A stretch of 41,590 bases of DNA from a virus (taxonomy: Duplodnaviria > Heunggongvirae > Uroviricota > Caudoviricetes). How positions within the stretch are numbered: position 1 is the first letter of the stretch; each line of letters starts with the position of its first letter. The notes below the pieces were generated by a model that worked only from the letters and a program-made list of their open reading frames with translations, was not told where the DNA came from and searched no databases. Shown piece after piece: positions 1 to 8,621 of this stretch. A program made the position numbers and the translations under genes. Where the stretch lies: IMG/VR virus record IMGVR_UViG_2585427774_000008; one strand, 5' to 3'.

Positions 1-1194
1 ATGATCACCGACACAAAGCTCAGGAAGGCGCTCGGCAAGAAAAGAGATGATATCGAGATTATTTCTGATTCGCACGGGCTCAACGCCAGAATCAGCCAGG
101 CCGGAAAAATATCATTTTTCTATCGGTATCGCTGGGCCGGTAAAGCGGTAAAACTCAATGTTGGTGATTATCCTGCAATGAGTATCACCCAGGCAAGAGA
201 GCGTCGCCAACAATTCAGAAACTGGTTAACTGAGGGACTGGATCCGCGAGAGCAGGTGAAGCTGGATAAGCAGACCCGACAGGAAGCGATGTCCGTTGCC
301 GAAGCGTTCAATTACTGGATTGAAAGGCACTGTATCGCTAACGGGCTAGTTAAAGTCGATTACTATCGCCAGGTGTTTGAGAAACATATCGCCGAACCGA
401 TGAAGAATGTCAAAGTCGATAACACAGCGAAAATGCACTGGATCAACGTCTTCGATTCTATAGAAAGCAGGGTGATGGCTCATTACATGCTTTCGCTGTG
501 CAAACGGGCGTTTAGGTTCTGCGTTAACAGAAGTGTGATCGCCTCAAACCCACTCGAGGGATTACTGCCATCTGATGTCGGGCAAAAGCCTAAAAAGAGA
601 ACTCGCAGGATGGACGATGACGATCTGCGCAAAATCTATCAGTGGTTGAAAAGCCATATGTCGATAGAGTCCGTTTTCCTGGTGAAATTTATTATGCTTA
701 CCGGATGCCGTACGGCTGAGATTCGACTTAGTGAGAGATCATGGTTTCGATTGGATGATAATGAGTGGGTCGTGCCTGCGGGCAGTTATAAAACTCGGGT
801 ACATATTAGAAGGGGACTCTCAGACGCCGCCGTTAACCTGGTCAGAAATCACCTCAAGAAAATAAACACCAATCACCTGGTGACTTCACAACGTAAAATT
901 GATGGCGGGATCAAAGATTCGCCCGTTCATTCACCTGTGGCATCCAATTACGCCCGTTCTATTTGGAATGGAACAGGTATGGCAGAGTGGTCGCTTCATG
1001 ATATGAGGCGGACGATAGCCACAAATCTCTCTGAGTTAGGTTGCCCGCCGCACGTAATTGAAAAGCTGCTCGGGCATCAGATGGTGGGGGTTATGGCGCA
1101 TTACAACCTTCATGACTATATCGATGATCAGAAACACTGGCTCCGCGTTTGGCAGAGCCATCTTGAAGAGATCATCGGAGAGCCCTTCAGTTAA
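1..1194 (+). CDS. int: Phage integrase (tyrosine recombinase)
   Basis: 397-aa ORF; C-terminal catalytic region typical of tyrosine recombinases (LHDMRRT...GHQ...HYNLHDY); window begins at its ATG. Confidence 0.9.
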
Positions 1195-1388
1195 TTTATC
1201 TTCTTTTTATCCTCCCACTCTTTGATTGACTCAGAGCGCCAGCGGTTAGGGTTGCCGGGCCAGTCAGGGGGTGGGAACGGGCATACGAAGCCCCGAGGCA
1301 TTGTGTCTGCACTTTGCCATGACCAAAGGGTTTTGCGTGAAATTTTGTAGCGACTGGTCAGGTCTGACGTTACCAAAATATCATCCAT
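1191..1388 (-). CDS. xis: AlpA/excisionase-like small DNA-binding protein
   Basis: 65 aa from ATG at 1388 preceded by GGAGAG SD; ORF track extends to a TTG at 1433; adjacent and convergent to int. Confidence 0.6.
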
Positions 1389-1429
1389 AGCTCTCTCCAG
1401 TTGCCCGTTCGGGCCATTCAAAATCTTTT

Positions 1430-1672
1430 TCAACCAACCTGCCCGGGCAGGGAGCGGAGACGGCGCATGCCGGTCATCGCTGTGGCCACGTAGCTCGCCT
1501 TTCGGTTCACCACCTCCACCCAGACTTTCACGCCTTCAACCTTCACCGTATAAGTCTCTTTCATCTTGCTTCGCCCATAGTCGCCATATGTTTGCAAGTG
1601 AGCTGCCAGCGCGATGTCGCATGCTTGGCGAGCTAAAGGTGATTGCTTACTTCCTCGATTGATCAGTCGCAT
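1430..1672 (-). CDS. Hypothetical early-left protein
   Basis: 80-aa ORF, ATG with AAGGAG SD upstream; same operon orientation as recombination genes. Confidence 0.5.
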   Translation of the reverse strand: MRLINRGSKQSPLARQACDIALAAHLQTYGDYGRSKMKETYTVKVEGVKVWVEVVNRKASYVATAMTGMRRLRSLPGQVG

Positions 1673-1710
1673 ATAATCTCCTTGAGGGAGGGTTACCCCT
1701 CCCGGTCTCG

Positions 1711-2829
1711 TCAGGCCACGTATTCCGGTTTCATATCCGCCAGGGTGATGCTGAATTGATCGTGCAGTTCATCGCCTAAGTGACGCTTTGAAGATGCAAG
1801 CATGCGCTCGGCTTCAGCGAACCGTTCGGCTGCATGCGGCTCGTCGGGCTGGGGCAGGGATTTAATAGCCTCCTCAACCTTGTTGCGTGCATCCACTAGG
1901 TAATAACGCTTTACGGCTTTGTTTTTCAGCTCGGTGAATAGTGCGGATCCCAGCGTAGCTTTCGCCGTTTCAATGTCGGCACGCAGCGATTTGGCGCTAT
2001 CCACGTCCTGAGCAGATTCGATGCGTTCGCGGAAATCATCGGCAAGAGAGTCGACATTTACCGACGATTCCTGTGCGCTTTGCGTGGTTGTGACGGTGTC
2101 ACCTGAGATATCAGCCAGGCTAACGCGTTGCGGCGTTGGGTTGATCTCTTTTTCTGTGCGCTGTTCAATCTCATCAGGGGTGTACACACCAAGAACAACT
2201 GCAGGGCAATACAGGCGCGCCCAGTATTTGAGTGCCAGATAAGCGATCTGCTGTTTCGGGTTTGATACCCAAAGTGGAGAATTACGTGTGATTACGCTGG
2301 AGAGGAAAACAGGCTCTCCCCAGGTGATATCACTTTCACCGCGAATAACGGCACCTACCCGTACCGACAGTCCTTGTTCATCAGCACTTTCCCAACCGCG
2401 TACCATTTCTTTCTTGTCGTACGTCCCGCCACCTTTCGCAGGCTTTTTAACGGTTATCTCGCGGCTGCTGGCACATTTCGACCAGTCGCCCTCGTACTCA
2501 TAGTGAAAGCGGCCAACGATGGCGTTTGAGCTGGAGATCACCGCATTAACCAGTTGCGCTTCGTATCCCAGGACACCGTTAACCAGGTGCGTCTTTTGCG
2601 CCACGGCGTAAGGGTTCATACCCCACTGCATCGCCTGCATGATGATGGCCATGCAGTCTGCCGGATTGCCGCGGAGGTGCTCAGGCACCGTTACGGCTGC
2701 CTGTGCCATCAACCCGGCGACAGACTGAAGCTGGGTTAAAGCCTGCACGTTGAAAATGGCATTGCTGGCTGAGATCGTGTTTGGAGTCTGCTGTTCAGCG
2801 GTTACGATATTCGTGTTTTCCATCATCAT
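1711..2829 (-). CDS. recT: RecT/Bet-family single-strand annealing protein
   Basis: 372-aa ORF; two segments resemble lambda Bet by recollection (ADCMAIIMQAMQWGMNPY vs AQFIALLIVANQYGLNPW); three tandem ATG codons at start, exact start uncertain. Confidence 0.8.
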   Translation of the reverse strand: MMMENTNIVTAEQQTPNTISASNAIFNVQALTQLQSVAGLMAQAAVTVPEHLRGNPADCMAIIMQAMQWGMNPYAVAQKTHLVNGVLGYEAQLVNAVISSSNAIVGRFHYEYEGDWSKCASSREITVKKPAKGGGTYDKKEMVRGWESADEQGLSVRVGAVIRGESDITWGEPVFLSSVITRNSPLWVSNPKQQIAYLALKYWARLYCPAVVLGVYTPDEIEQRTEKEINPTPQRVSLADISGDTVTTTQSAQESSVNVDSLADDFRERIESAQDVDSAKSLRADIETAKATLGSALFTELKNKAVKRYYLVDARNKVEEAIKSLPQPDEPHAAERFAEAERMLASSKRHLGDELHDQFSITLADMKPEYVA

Positions 2830-2834
2830 TCCCC

Positions 2835-5744
2835 TTATGCATGAGTACGCAGCGCTTCAAGGCGGCGCAGGTCGAAGTCGTTCAGTTCGTCGGTGTAGTC
2901 AGCAGTGATTGGCGCTGGCCATTCACCTGTGTCGAATCCGGTTGCGATATTGCGCATCGCTTTGCGGTACTCGAGCATACCCAGCTCCAGTAGTTCAGCG
3001 GATGCCTCGATGATGGCGATCCAGTGGTAGTTCTCGTCTTTGTTGACGAAAATCCAGAAGAACTGATCCAGCGCTGCGGTTTCGCAGTACATAGCCGCGC
3101 TCAGGTGATAATCACGTTCAATAATTTCCCGGTGTAGCCTGGCGCGCAGGCTTTCCTGCTTAACATTCCACATGCTGATGGTTTTCAGGTCAGCACCGAT
3201 ACGCACGCCGTCTAGGTCGATCTCAAGGTCAGGGCGCACACGAACTTCCAGTCCCGTCTCCTCGTCAAAGCCAAAGTAGCTCACCTCAACGGCGCGGCTC
3301 GGGTGGGTTAGCAGCATGCCTGCGGTCGGGTGCGAGAGCAGTGCTGACTGAATTGCCTGCGCGGTGGCAAGTTGCTGGTGGGTAACCAGCACTTTCCCTT
3401 CCGGGTTGTTGCGCCAAGCATCGAGCAGCTCGTCGGCGAACACTGCATCTGGTTTGACTGCCTTCACGGCCTGAATCAGATCGGCCTTCGTGCCAGAGAC
3501 TTTCAGCGGTTGCAGCTTCTGAGCTTCCTGCGCGACCAGGTCAGGATTGATAATCGCAAGTTGTTCGAGTAGTGCGTCGCGGCTGCCGCTGGTTTTAATC
3601 TGCGCTGGCAGGGTGGCGTTGTACTCTTTGATGCACGCCTTCATTGCTGTTGCTGTCTTCTTCTGATCTGCATCGATACGTTGGAATTCAGCTGGCAGCG
3701 CCATATAGTTCTGCGCCGTTTCATCCAGGCTAGCGCCCAGCGGCACCAGCGCTGGCAGGGTGGCGTTGTATTCATCCAGCAAAGCTTTGATATCGTCTGC
3801 GCTCAGTTGCGCTGGCAGGCTGGCGTTGTACTCATCAATAAACGCGCGGATCGTTGCCGTGGTGGTAAATGCACCTTCCGGAATTACGGGTTCAACGCTA
3901 AATTCTTCATCGAGCTGTTCTGGCTGCAACGCCAGCGCATGTACCAGGTTTCCCATGTCCAGCACTGAGGAGCGCTCTTTGACGATGGTTTTCTCAACGT
4001 GGCGCGCATTGAAGTACATCAGCGAAACGCGCGCATCTTTTACCTGGGTGGAACTGATGCCGTTGGCAGCGTGGTAAACCTCGTTCGGCAGACCTTCATA
4101 GCGCCCAGGCTCGAAGTAATCGGGGTAAAAAACAGCTTGTTCGTCAGATTGCGCCTCTGGCTCGACGTGTGCCAAAACTGGTTCAGTCTGGTTTACAGAA
4201 TCGCTATTTTGAGCGACAGATTCCGTATTTTGGTTTACATCGGCCTGCTGGCCGGGATGTGACTCTTCACCAGTTTCCAGACTGCTTTCGCCTGACTGCA
4301 TTTCATTACCAACATTTTTTTCATCACTGACAGTTTCTTGAACCTGCACATTGCTGGTGGTTTCCGTAGCCTGTTTCGTGCCATGAGTTGCTGAGTTCTG
4401 CAGTAAAGCCGTAACATCGAATATTCCGTTGCCGACATTTTTAACCAGTTCTTGTTCGGCTTTATGTGGTTGTGCTGTCGCTTCCTCTGCGCGGCGGCGT
4501 ACTTCTTCTTCACGTACGCGTTGCAGGTTCTCTTCGTGAGTGCAGAAGGGTTTGCGTGGAGACTCCTTACTTTCAGGTTGGGGAATTTCCTGTGTTGCGG
4601 GCTCAGCTTCATGCAATGGCAATAACTCAACAGCAGCATTAAACGCAGCAGTCATGGTCCGGTTAACAAACTCCAGGTGAGCGACAGGAGTTAGATGAAT
4701 ATTTTCCGGCGCGATACGTATCAGGTTAAAAATAGCTGTGCGGTTAACGCCAAGAACGCCGGGTTGATTGCGCAGAATGCTGCTCCATGATTTCCACGGT
4801 TTTTCTTTTTTGGTCACGATTTCTTTAGCGCGACGAAGAATGCTGCCCGGGATCTCGAAGTGGTTGAAGTTCATAGGCAGAAGGGCACATGCAATCTCTA
4901 AATCGAGAGTGTCAAGGGTATGGTATGTATCAGGTCCACGGTCAGTGACGTAACCGCCGTTGGCATTGGTTCCGGAATCAGTACGCTGAACACTACTGAT
5001 GTGATTACCGGCAGCCCATTCACGCGCCAGGATGCCACGGTCAATGTAATCAGTAGCCGCCCACATTCTGGTGAAACGGAGTACCAGCGCGAGTTCGTGA
5101 CGCTTGTCCTGGCTGAACACTTTGCGAATGGCATCGGTGTAGCGCCACAGGTCTTTGGTGTCGTAACCCTTCACTTCCGGGCAGTTCTCAGCAGCTAACA
5201 GCAAGTTCTGGACGTAACTGTTATCAGTGTCCATCTCCAGCGCGCCGATAGCTTCGTACTCTTCGCGGGTTACGTGGTGGCGCAGTTCGTCGGCGGTGAA
5301 CTGGGAAAGCAGTTGCTTACGAAACGGCATCTGCACTACCGGGTAGAGGGTTGAGTCGTCGTCGTGTTCGTCCAGCGTGATGCCAGCGGTTTCTGGCAGC
5401 GTTGACTCAGTAGTTATGTGACTATCAACGGTCTGAGCCGTTTTCTCGTCAGAGTTTTCAGCTGTGACTTTTGGCAGCCAGGTGCGGTCATCGTTCTGCA
5501 GTTCGTAGCGTTCGCACCAGGTGTAATCCACTGCGCCTTCTTCCGGCAGGTCGTCATATACCGGGAAATCGGTGCGGATTGGTTTGGCATAATCTTTACC
5601 GCGGCCAGTTTCTTCAATTCCGGCTTCTTCCAGTGCCACATCGAGTTGGAGATTGGCGCGCGCTACACTTTTCGCAGTGAACCAAATCACTGCATCTTTC
5701 TTGCCAGACTTCTGACTGGCTTTTATCAGATGGAAAAATTCCAT
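2835..5744 (-). CDS. recE: RecE-like exonuclease VIII (C-terminal nuclease domain)
   Basis: 969 aa from ATG at 5744 with AGAGGA SD (ORF track extends to 5849); large protein immediately upstream of recT as in Rac recET; contains internal tandem repeat. Confidence 0.65.
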   Translation of the reverse strand: MEFFHLIKASQKSGKKDAVIWFTAKSVARANLQLDVALEEAGIEETGRGKDYAKPIRTDFPVYDDLPEEGAVDYTWCERYELQNDDRTWLPKVTAENSDEKTAQTVDSHITTESTLPETAGITLDEHDDDSTLYPVVQMPFRKQLLSQFTADELRHHVTREEYEAIGALEMDTDNSYVQNLLLAAENCPEVKGYDTKDLWRYTDAIRKVFSQDKRHELALVLRFTRMWAATDYIDRGILAREWAAGNHISSVQRTDSGTNANGGYVTDRGPDTYHTLDTLDLEIACALLPMNFNHFEIPGSILRRAKEIVTKKEKPWKSWSSILRNQPGVLGVNRTAIFNLIRIAPENIHLTPVAHLEFVNRTMTAAFNAAVELLPLHEAEPATQEIPQPESKESPRKPFCTHEENLQRVREEEVRRRAEEATAQPHKAEQELVKNVGNGIFDVTALLQNSATHGTKQATETTSNVQVQETVSDEKNVGNEMQSGESSLETGEESHPGQQADVNQNTESVAQNSDSVNQTEPVLAHVEPEAQSDEQAVFYPDYFEPGRYEGLPNEVYHAANGISSTQVKDARVSLMYFNARHVEKTIVKERSSVLDMGNLVHALALQPEQLDEEFSVEPVIPEGAFTTTATIRAFIDEYNASLPAQLSADDIKALLDEYNATLPALVPLGASLDETAQNYMALPAEFQRIDADQKKTATAMKACIKEYNATLPAQIKTSGSRDALLEQLAIINPDLVAQEAQKLQPLKVSGTKADLIQAVKAVKPDAVFADELLDAWRNNPEGKVLVTHQQLATAQAIQSALLSHPTAGMLLTHPSRAVEVSYFGFDEETGLEVRVRPDLEIDLDGVRIGADLKTISMWNVKQESLRARLHREIIERDYHLSAAMYCETAALDQFFWIFVNKDENYHWIAIIEASAELLELGMLEYRKAMRNIATGFDTGEWPAPITADYTDELNDFDLRRLEALRTHA
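3600..3835 (-). repeat. Intragenic tandem repeat, three copies of gctggcagg(g/c)tggcgttgta encoding (D/K)EYNA(S/T)LPA
   Basis: Copies seen at 3605-3624, 3751-3770 and 3811-3830 on the + strand; protein repeats DEYNASLPAQL / DEYNATLPALV / KEYNATLPAQI. Confidence 0.7.
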
Positions 5745-5882
5745 GTGAGATCCTCTTTTTTGAGTGTTAGAATCCCCGGGCCAGAGATAGCGCCCATTGG
5801 ATGTTTTTTGGTTTGGTATAAATTCCGGTGTAACTTTGGTCGGTGGCACCGGACGTGAATCCCGCCTTGCGCGGGTTTTACG

Positions 5883-6044
5883 TTAGCCTTCGTGAGCCAT
5901 CTGGTCGTGCGAAGCGCAACGTTTGGAGCAATACTCTTTTTCTTTGCGCGCCAGCTGTGAGCCGTTGCGATAGAGAAGGGTGCTCTTGATTACTTCCTCC
6001 GTTTTAACCGGCTTGCCGCAATATCCGCATTTCTTGTCTAACAT
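5883..6044 (-). CDS. Small zinc-ribbon protein (YdaE-like position)
   Basis: 53-aa ORF not in track (MLDKKCGYCGKPV...CSKRCASHDQMAHEG); ATG preceded by GGAGGA SD; CxxC...CxxxC. Confidence 0.45.
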   Translation of the reverse strand: MLDKKCGYCGKPVKTEEVIKSTLLYRNGSQLARKEKEYCSKRCASHDQMAHEG

Positions 6045-6055
6045 GACATCCTCCG

Positions 6056-6262
6056 CTAGTGGCTGAGTCCATGCCCCAGACCGTTCAGATAAACTTCAAC
6101 CAGCAAATCCTTGGTGTAAGTCATTTCTACGCCGCGATGCAGATACAAACGTCCGCGAGCGTTAGCTGATGCCGTCCAGGTTGAGTCTTTGTGTTTGACG
6201 AGCATCCCCGGCTGAACTGCGCCGCGGTTTACTGTCTGTGTACCGTAGTGCTGATGAACCAT
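6056..6262 (-). CDS. Small early protein (kil-like position), hypothetical
   Basis: 68 aa from ATG at 6262 with GGAGA SD; ORF track long form starts at a TTG (6406). Confidence 0.4.
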   Translation of the reverse strand: MVHQHYGTQTVNRGAVQPGMLVKHKDSTWTASANARGRLYLHRGVEMTYTKDLLVEVYLNGLGHGLSH

Positions 6263-6505
6263 GATGTTCTCCAGTTTTTCTGAGTGAACTTCGCTGGTGG
6301 TGCCGCGGCGCTGATCTTCACGGTTGAGCGTTTTAACTCTGCAATTCACCACCGCGAAGCTCACTCTGTGCTTTGCCCTTGTCGCCAGGCTGGCGGAACG
6401 TTTCAAACCTACTGCGCGTTAATCTCACCACCTCATTCCGGTCTTCGTATGCCCCGGACGGCTTCTTCGTGGGCGTCCTGCTTTGGTGGTTGTGTTGATG
6501 GAGTA

Positions 6506-6545
6506 ATTAAACACAATGTTTATTTGCGTGTCAACATAATGAGTG
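6506..6545 (-). promoter_or_regulatory. Candidate PL promoter with OL operators
   Basis: On minus strand, consensus -35 TTGACA (plus 6529-6534), 17-nt spacer, -10 TTTAAT (plus 6506-6511); operator-like palindrome taaacacaatgttta (6508-6522) and half-site tcaacataatg (6531-6545) matching OR sites. Confidence 0.5.
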
Positions 6546-6646
6546 TTTTTATATAAACAAAAAGTTTAGTTGGTTGCGCTCGTTGGCACGAGTAGTATGT
6601 TTTGTGGTCTATTTTGTGGTTATAAAAAAATCGATGAGGGTGAGTT

Positions 6647-6853
6647 ATGGATCGTGACGAACTGGAAGAAGACCGCGCAGCGTTTATTGCGGGGGAGATT
6701 GGTGGCGCAGTTGTCAGTCTGATAGCTAACGGGATTGTGATCAGCCGCGATGCGATTGTGGATAGTCTAGAGGCTAAGCGCAGGGTAGTGGGAAACGTCA
6801 TTCACAAGTGGGTATTGCGGGATGCGGCTGCTATGGTGAGAAAAGGGCAATAA
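6647..6853 (+). CDS. Hypothetical small protein
   Basis: 68-aa ORF with GAGGGTGAG SD; followed by hairpin terminator. Confidence 0.45.
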   Translation: MDRDELEEDRAAFIAGEIGGAVVSLIANGIVISRDAIVDSLEAKRRVVGNVIHKWVLRDAAAMVRKGQ

Positions 6854-6889
6854 AAAACCCAGTTCGGTAACTGGGTTATTGCTTTATTC
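6850..6889. terminator. Bidirectional rho-independent terminator
   Basis: Hairpin aacccagt-tcggta-actgggtt (6856-6877); A-run upstream gives a U-tract on the minus strand, T-rich tract downstream on plus; sits between convergent genes. Confidence 0.55.
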
Positions 6890-7342
6890 AACAGATGATG
6901 GGGGGGTCGGTGCTTTCTTAAAGATCGACCACTGAGAAATGTAGGTCAGCAACCTTGAGCTTAACTCGAGTTCTTTTCGTAATATTTCGTCATAACGTTT
7001 TTTTGCTGCTTGCATGGTCGCATCACTAGCGTGATTGTCATCCATAATGATCTTTAGCCTTTTCTTTTCTCGGCTTGAGCATATTGTAAATAACAGACCT
7101 GTAAATGACATTCCACCAAAATCCTTTAACGTTTTGATTACAAAAAGAAGAATCAAAGACAGAAAAGGAACAGATCTGTAGGCCCAATCACGAAACTCAC
7201 CGTCAGGAAAGAAGATAGGAATAGCATCTGTAGCATAACCACATATGAGGGAGACAATTAGAAAAGGTAGTCCATTTTTAGCTACATTTTTAACGTTATC
7301 GTTAGCCATGATTTTTTCCCGAGAACGATTTCGAGTCAACAT
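6884..7342 (-). CDS. Small membrane protein (possible superinfection exclusion SieB-like)
   Basis: 152-aa ORF (141 aa from second ATG); hydrophobic segments LPFLIVSLICGY and VPFLSLILLFVI; located in immunity region downstream of repressor. Confidence 0.45.
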   Translation of the reverse strand: MLTRNRSREKIMANDNVKNVAKNGLPFLIVSLICGYATDAIPIFFPDGEFRDWAYRSVPFLSLILLFVIKTLKDFGGMSFTGLLFTICSSREKKRLKIIMDDNHASDATMQAAKKRYDEILRKELELSSRLLTYISQWSIFKKAPTPPSSVE

Positions 7343-7685
7343 GTAACTTTTGTGTTTTGACTACATAATACGCAAATCCAATCTTAACTAACCAATAAGC
7401 TACTGGTATGAGTGCTGCGTAAAGAGGGATATAGTACATAACCTTACCTCCTGTTAACCACACTATAACACCTAGCATCACTATTAGCGCGACAGAAAAT
7501 GCTTTCAGCCCAACACAGCTATCAGGATGTGAAACACTGTTCCTTAGCAACAATATCTTGGATTCATCAAGTGTGTAAGGAATATCGCCAACATGATTTT
7601 CGATTTTTGGGAAGGTCTCAAATACTTCAACCCGATCAATCGAAATAATTGAGCTTGATTGATGATCTAAGCAAACTGCAGCCAC
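7302..7685 (-). CDS. Hypothetical protein with C-terminal transmembrane segment
   Basis: 127-aa ORF from GTG located 2 nt after upstream stop; an internal ATG at 7439 has a strong AGGAGG SD and would give a 45-aa membrane peptide. Confidence 0.4.
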   Translation of the reverse strand: MAAVCLDHQSSSIISIDRVEVFETFPKIENHVGDIPYTLDESKILLLRNSVSHPDSCVGLKAFSVALIVMLGVIVWLTGGKVMYYIPLYAALIPVAYWLVKIGFAYYVVKTQKLHVDSKSFSGKNHG

Positions 7686-7687
7686 TG

Positions 7688-8011
7688 TTATCCCTCTCGA
7701 ACCTTTAGTGATACTCGGTTAGCAGCAAATGTGGCAATGAAACCACATTCTACACATATAACAGGGAATGCCCATATACCTCGGCCAGCTGAATGAGGTA
7801 GAGGAAGGGTAATTATTGCAGGATAGTCTTGACTATCTTCTCGTGGAGGAACTCCCCAAAGCGTATGCTTACAAAGCGGACAGGCCATCTCGCCATGTTT
7901 TTCTTCGAGGCGTTGAAAATAATCTCCAAATTCTTGTCTTGATATTGATAGCGTCAATGCTGTTGTATTGACACTTTCCTGACTTTTTTCTTCTTCAACC
8001 TGTTCGCCCAT
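7688..8011 (-). CDS. Zinc-ribbon protein, hypothetical
   Basis: 107 aa from ATG at 8011 (track starts at TTG 8023); CPLCKH and CVECG motifs. Confidence 0.5.
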   Translation of the reverse strand: MGEQVEEEKSQESVNTTALTLSISRQEFGDYFQRLEEKHGEMACPLCKHTLWGVPPREDSQDYPAIITLPLPHSAGRGIWAFPVICVECGFIATFAANRVSLKVREG

Positions 8012-8122
8012 CTCAGCTCTCAATATAATGATAATTAACTGGTAAGTGAATTTTGCATATCGTTAAGATGTATCCCATTGGTACAGAAACATCTGAGGGG
8101 TAAGTAGCTTTTAACTACCGTG

Positions 8123-8518
8123 CTACTCACCATCCCCCTTAATCCGCCGTCCCATGTACTTGGCGTACAGTTCATCGAGTTCTTTCAACCGTAGAGATAC
8201 GATCCGCAACATGTTCTGTTGTTCTTCTTCGTTTGGGAGTTGATTATAGAGTTCCAACAGTCTCCGTTCGTCGTGTCTCAAACCGTCCTTAGCATCCACG
8301 TCCTGACCTAGAACCCACTCAAGACTTACGCCTAGCGCATCGGCAAGTTTTATTGCTGAGCTTTTTCCTATCGCTCCTCTGACAAACCAGTTGTTGACTG
8401 ATTGTGCGCTCACACCACAGATTCTCGCTATATCCGCTTTGGATATGCGCTTCTTCTCGATGATTTCATTTAACCGCCGAACCTGCGGGTTATCTGTTTG
8501 GTGTGTGTTTTTTCTCAT
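8123..8518 (-). CDS. HTH (XRE-family) prophage repressor, RacR/CI-like
   Basis: 131-aa ORF; HTH segment ISKADIARICGVSAQSVNNW; divergent from cro-like gene; no SD before ATG (likely leaderless); no S24 peptidase domain evident. Confidence 0.8.
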   Translation of the reverse strand: MRKNTHQTDNPQVRRLNEIIEKKRISKADIARICGVSAQSVNNWFVRGAIGKSSAIKLADALGVSLEWVLGQDVDAKDGLRHDERRLLELYNQLPNEEEQQNMLRIVSLRLKELDELYAKYMGRRIKGDGE

Positions 8519-8526
8519 ATATCAAG

Positions 8527-8594
8527 ATTCTAAACTAAAAGTTTATCGCCTCAACATTCATAATGTTGACTTTAATATAAACATAATGTTTAAT
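8527..8594. promoter_or_regulatory. OR region: divergent PR/PRM-like promoters with two operator palindromes
   Basis: Perfect palindromes TCAACATTCATAATGTTGA (8551-8569) and TAAACATAATGTTTA (8578-8592); plus strand -35 TTGACT (8566-8571) and -10 TTTAAT (8589-8594); minus strand -35 TTGAGG (plus 8549-8554) and -10 TAGAAT (plus 8527-8532) ending about 7 nt before the repressor ATG. Confidence 0.6.
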
Positions 8595-8621
8595 TTGGTT
8601 CGTTATTACTTGGAGCCAAAT

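Noticed and set aside
5861-5880. Hairpin cccgc...gcggg followed by TTTTA between the recE-like start and the small Zn-ribbon gene
   Set aside because: It is oriented as a plus-strand terminator while the surrounding operon is minus-strand, and the T-tract is short; possibly an antisense terminator, not reported as a feature.
6263-6406. Long TTG-initiated form of the kil-position ORF
   Set aside because: Non-ATG start without SD; the internal ATG at 6262 has a GGAGA SD. The upstream part is more likely untranslated leader of the PL transcript.
8391-8621. N-terminal extension of the cro-like ORF in the ORF track (154-aa form)
   Set aside because: The extension runs through the promoter/operator region and into the divergent repressor gene; the ATG at 8622 has a GGAG SD and yields a YdaS-sized protein.
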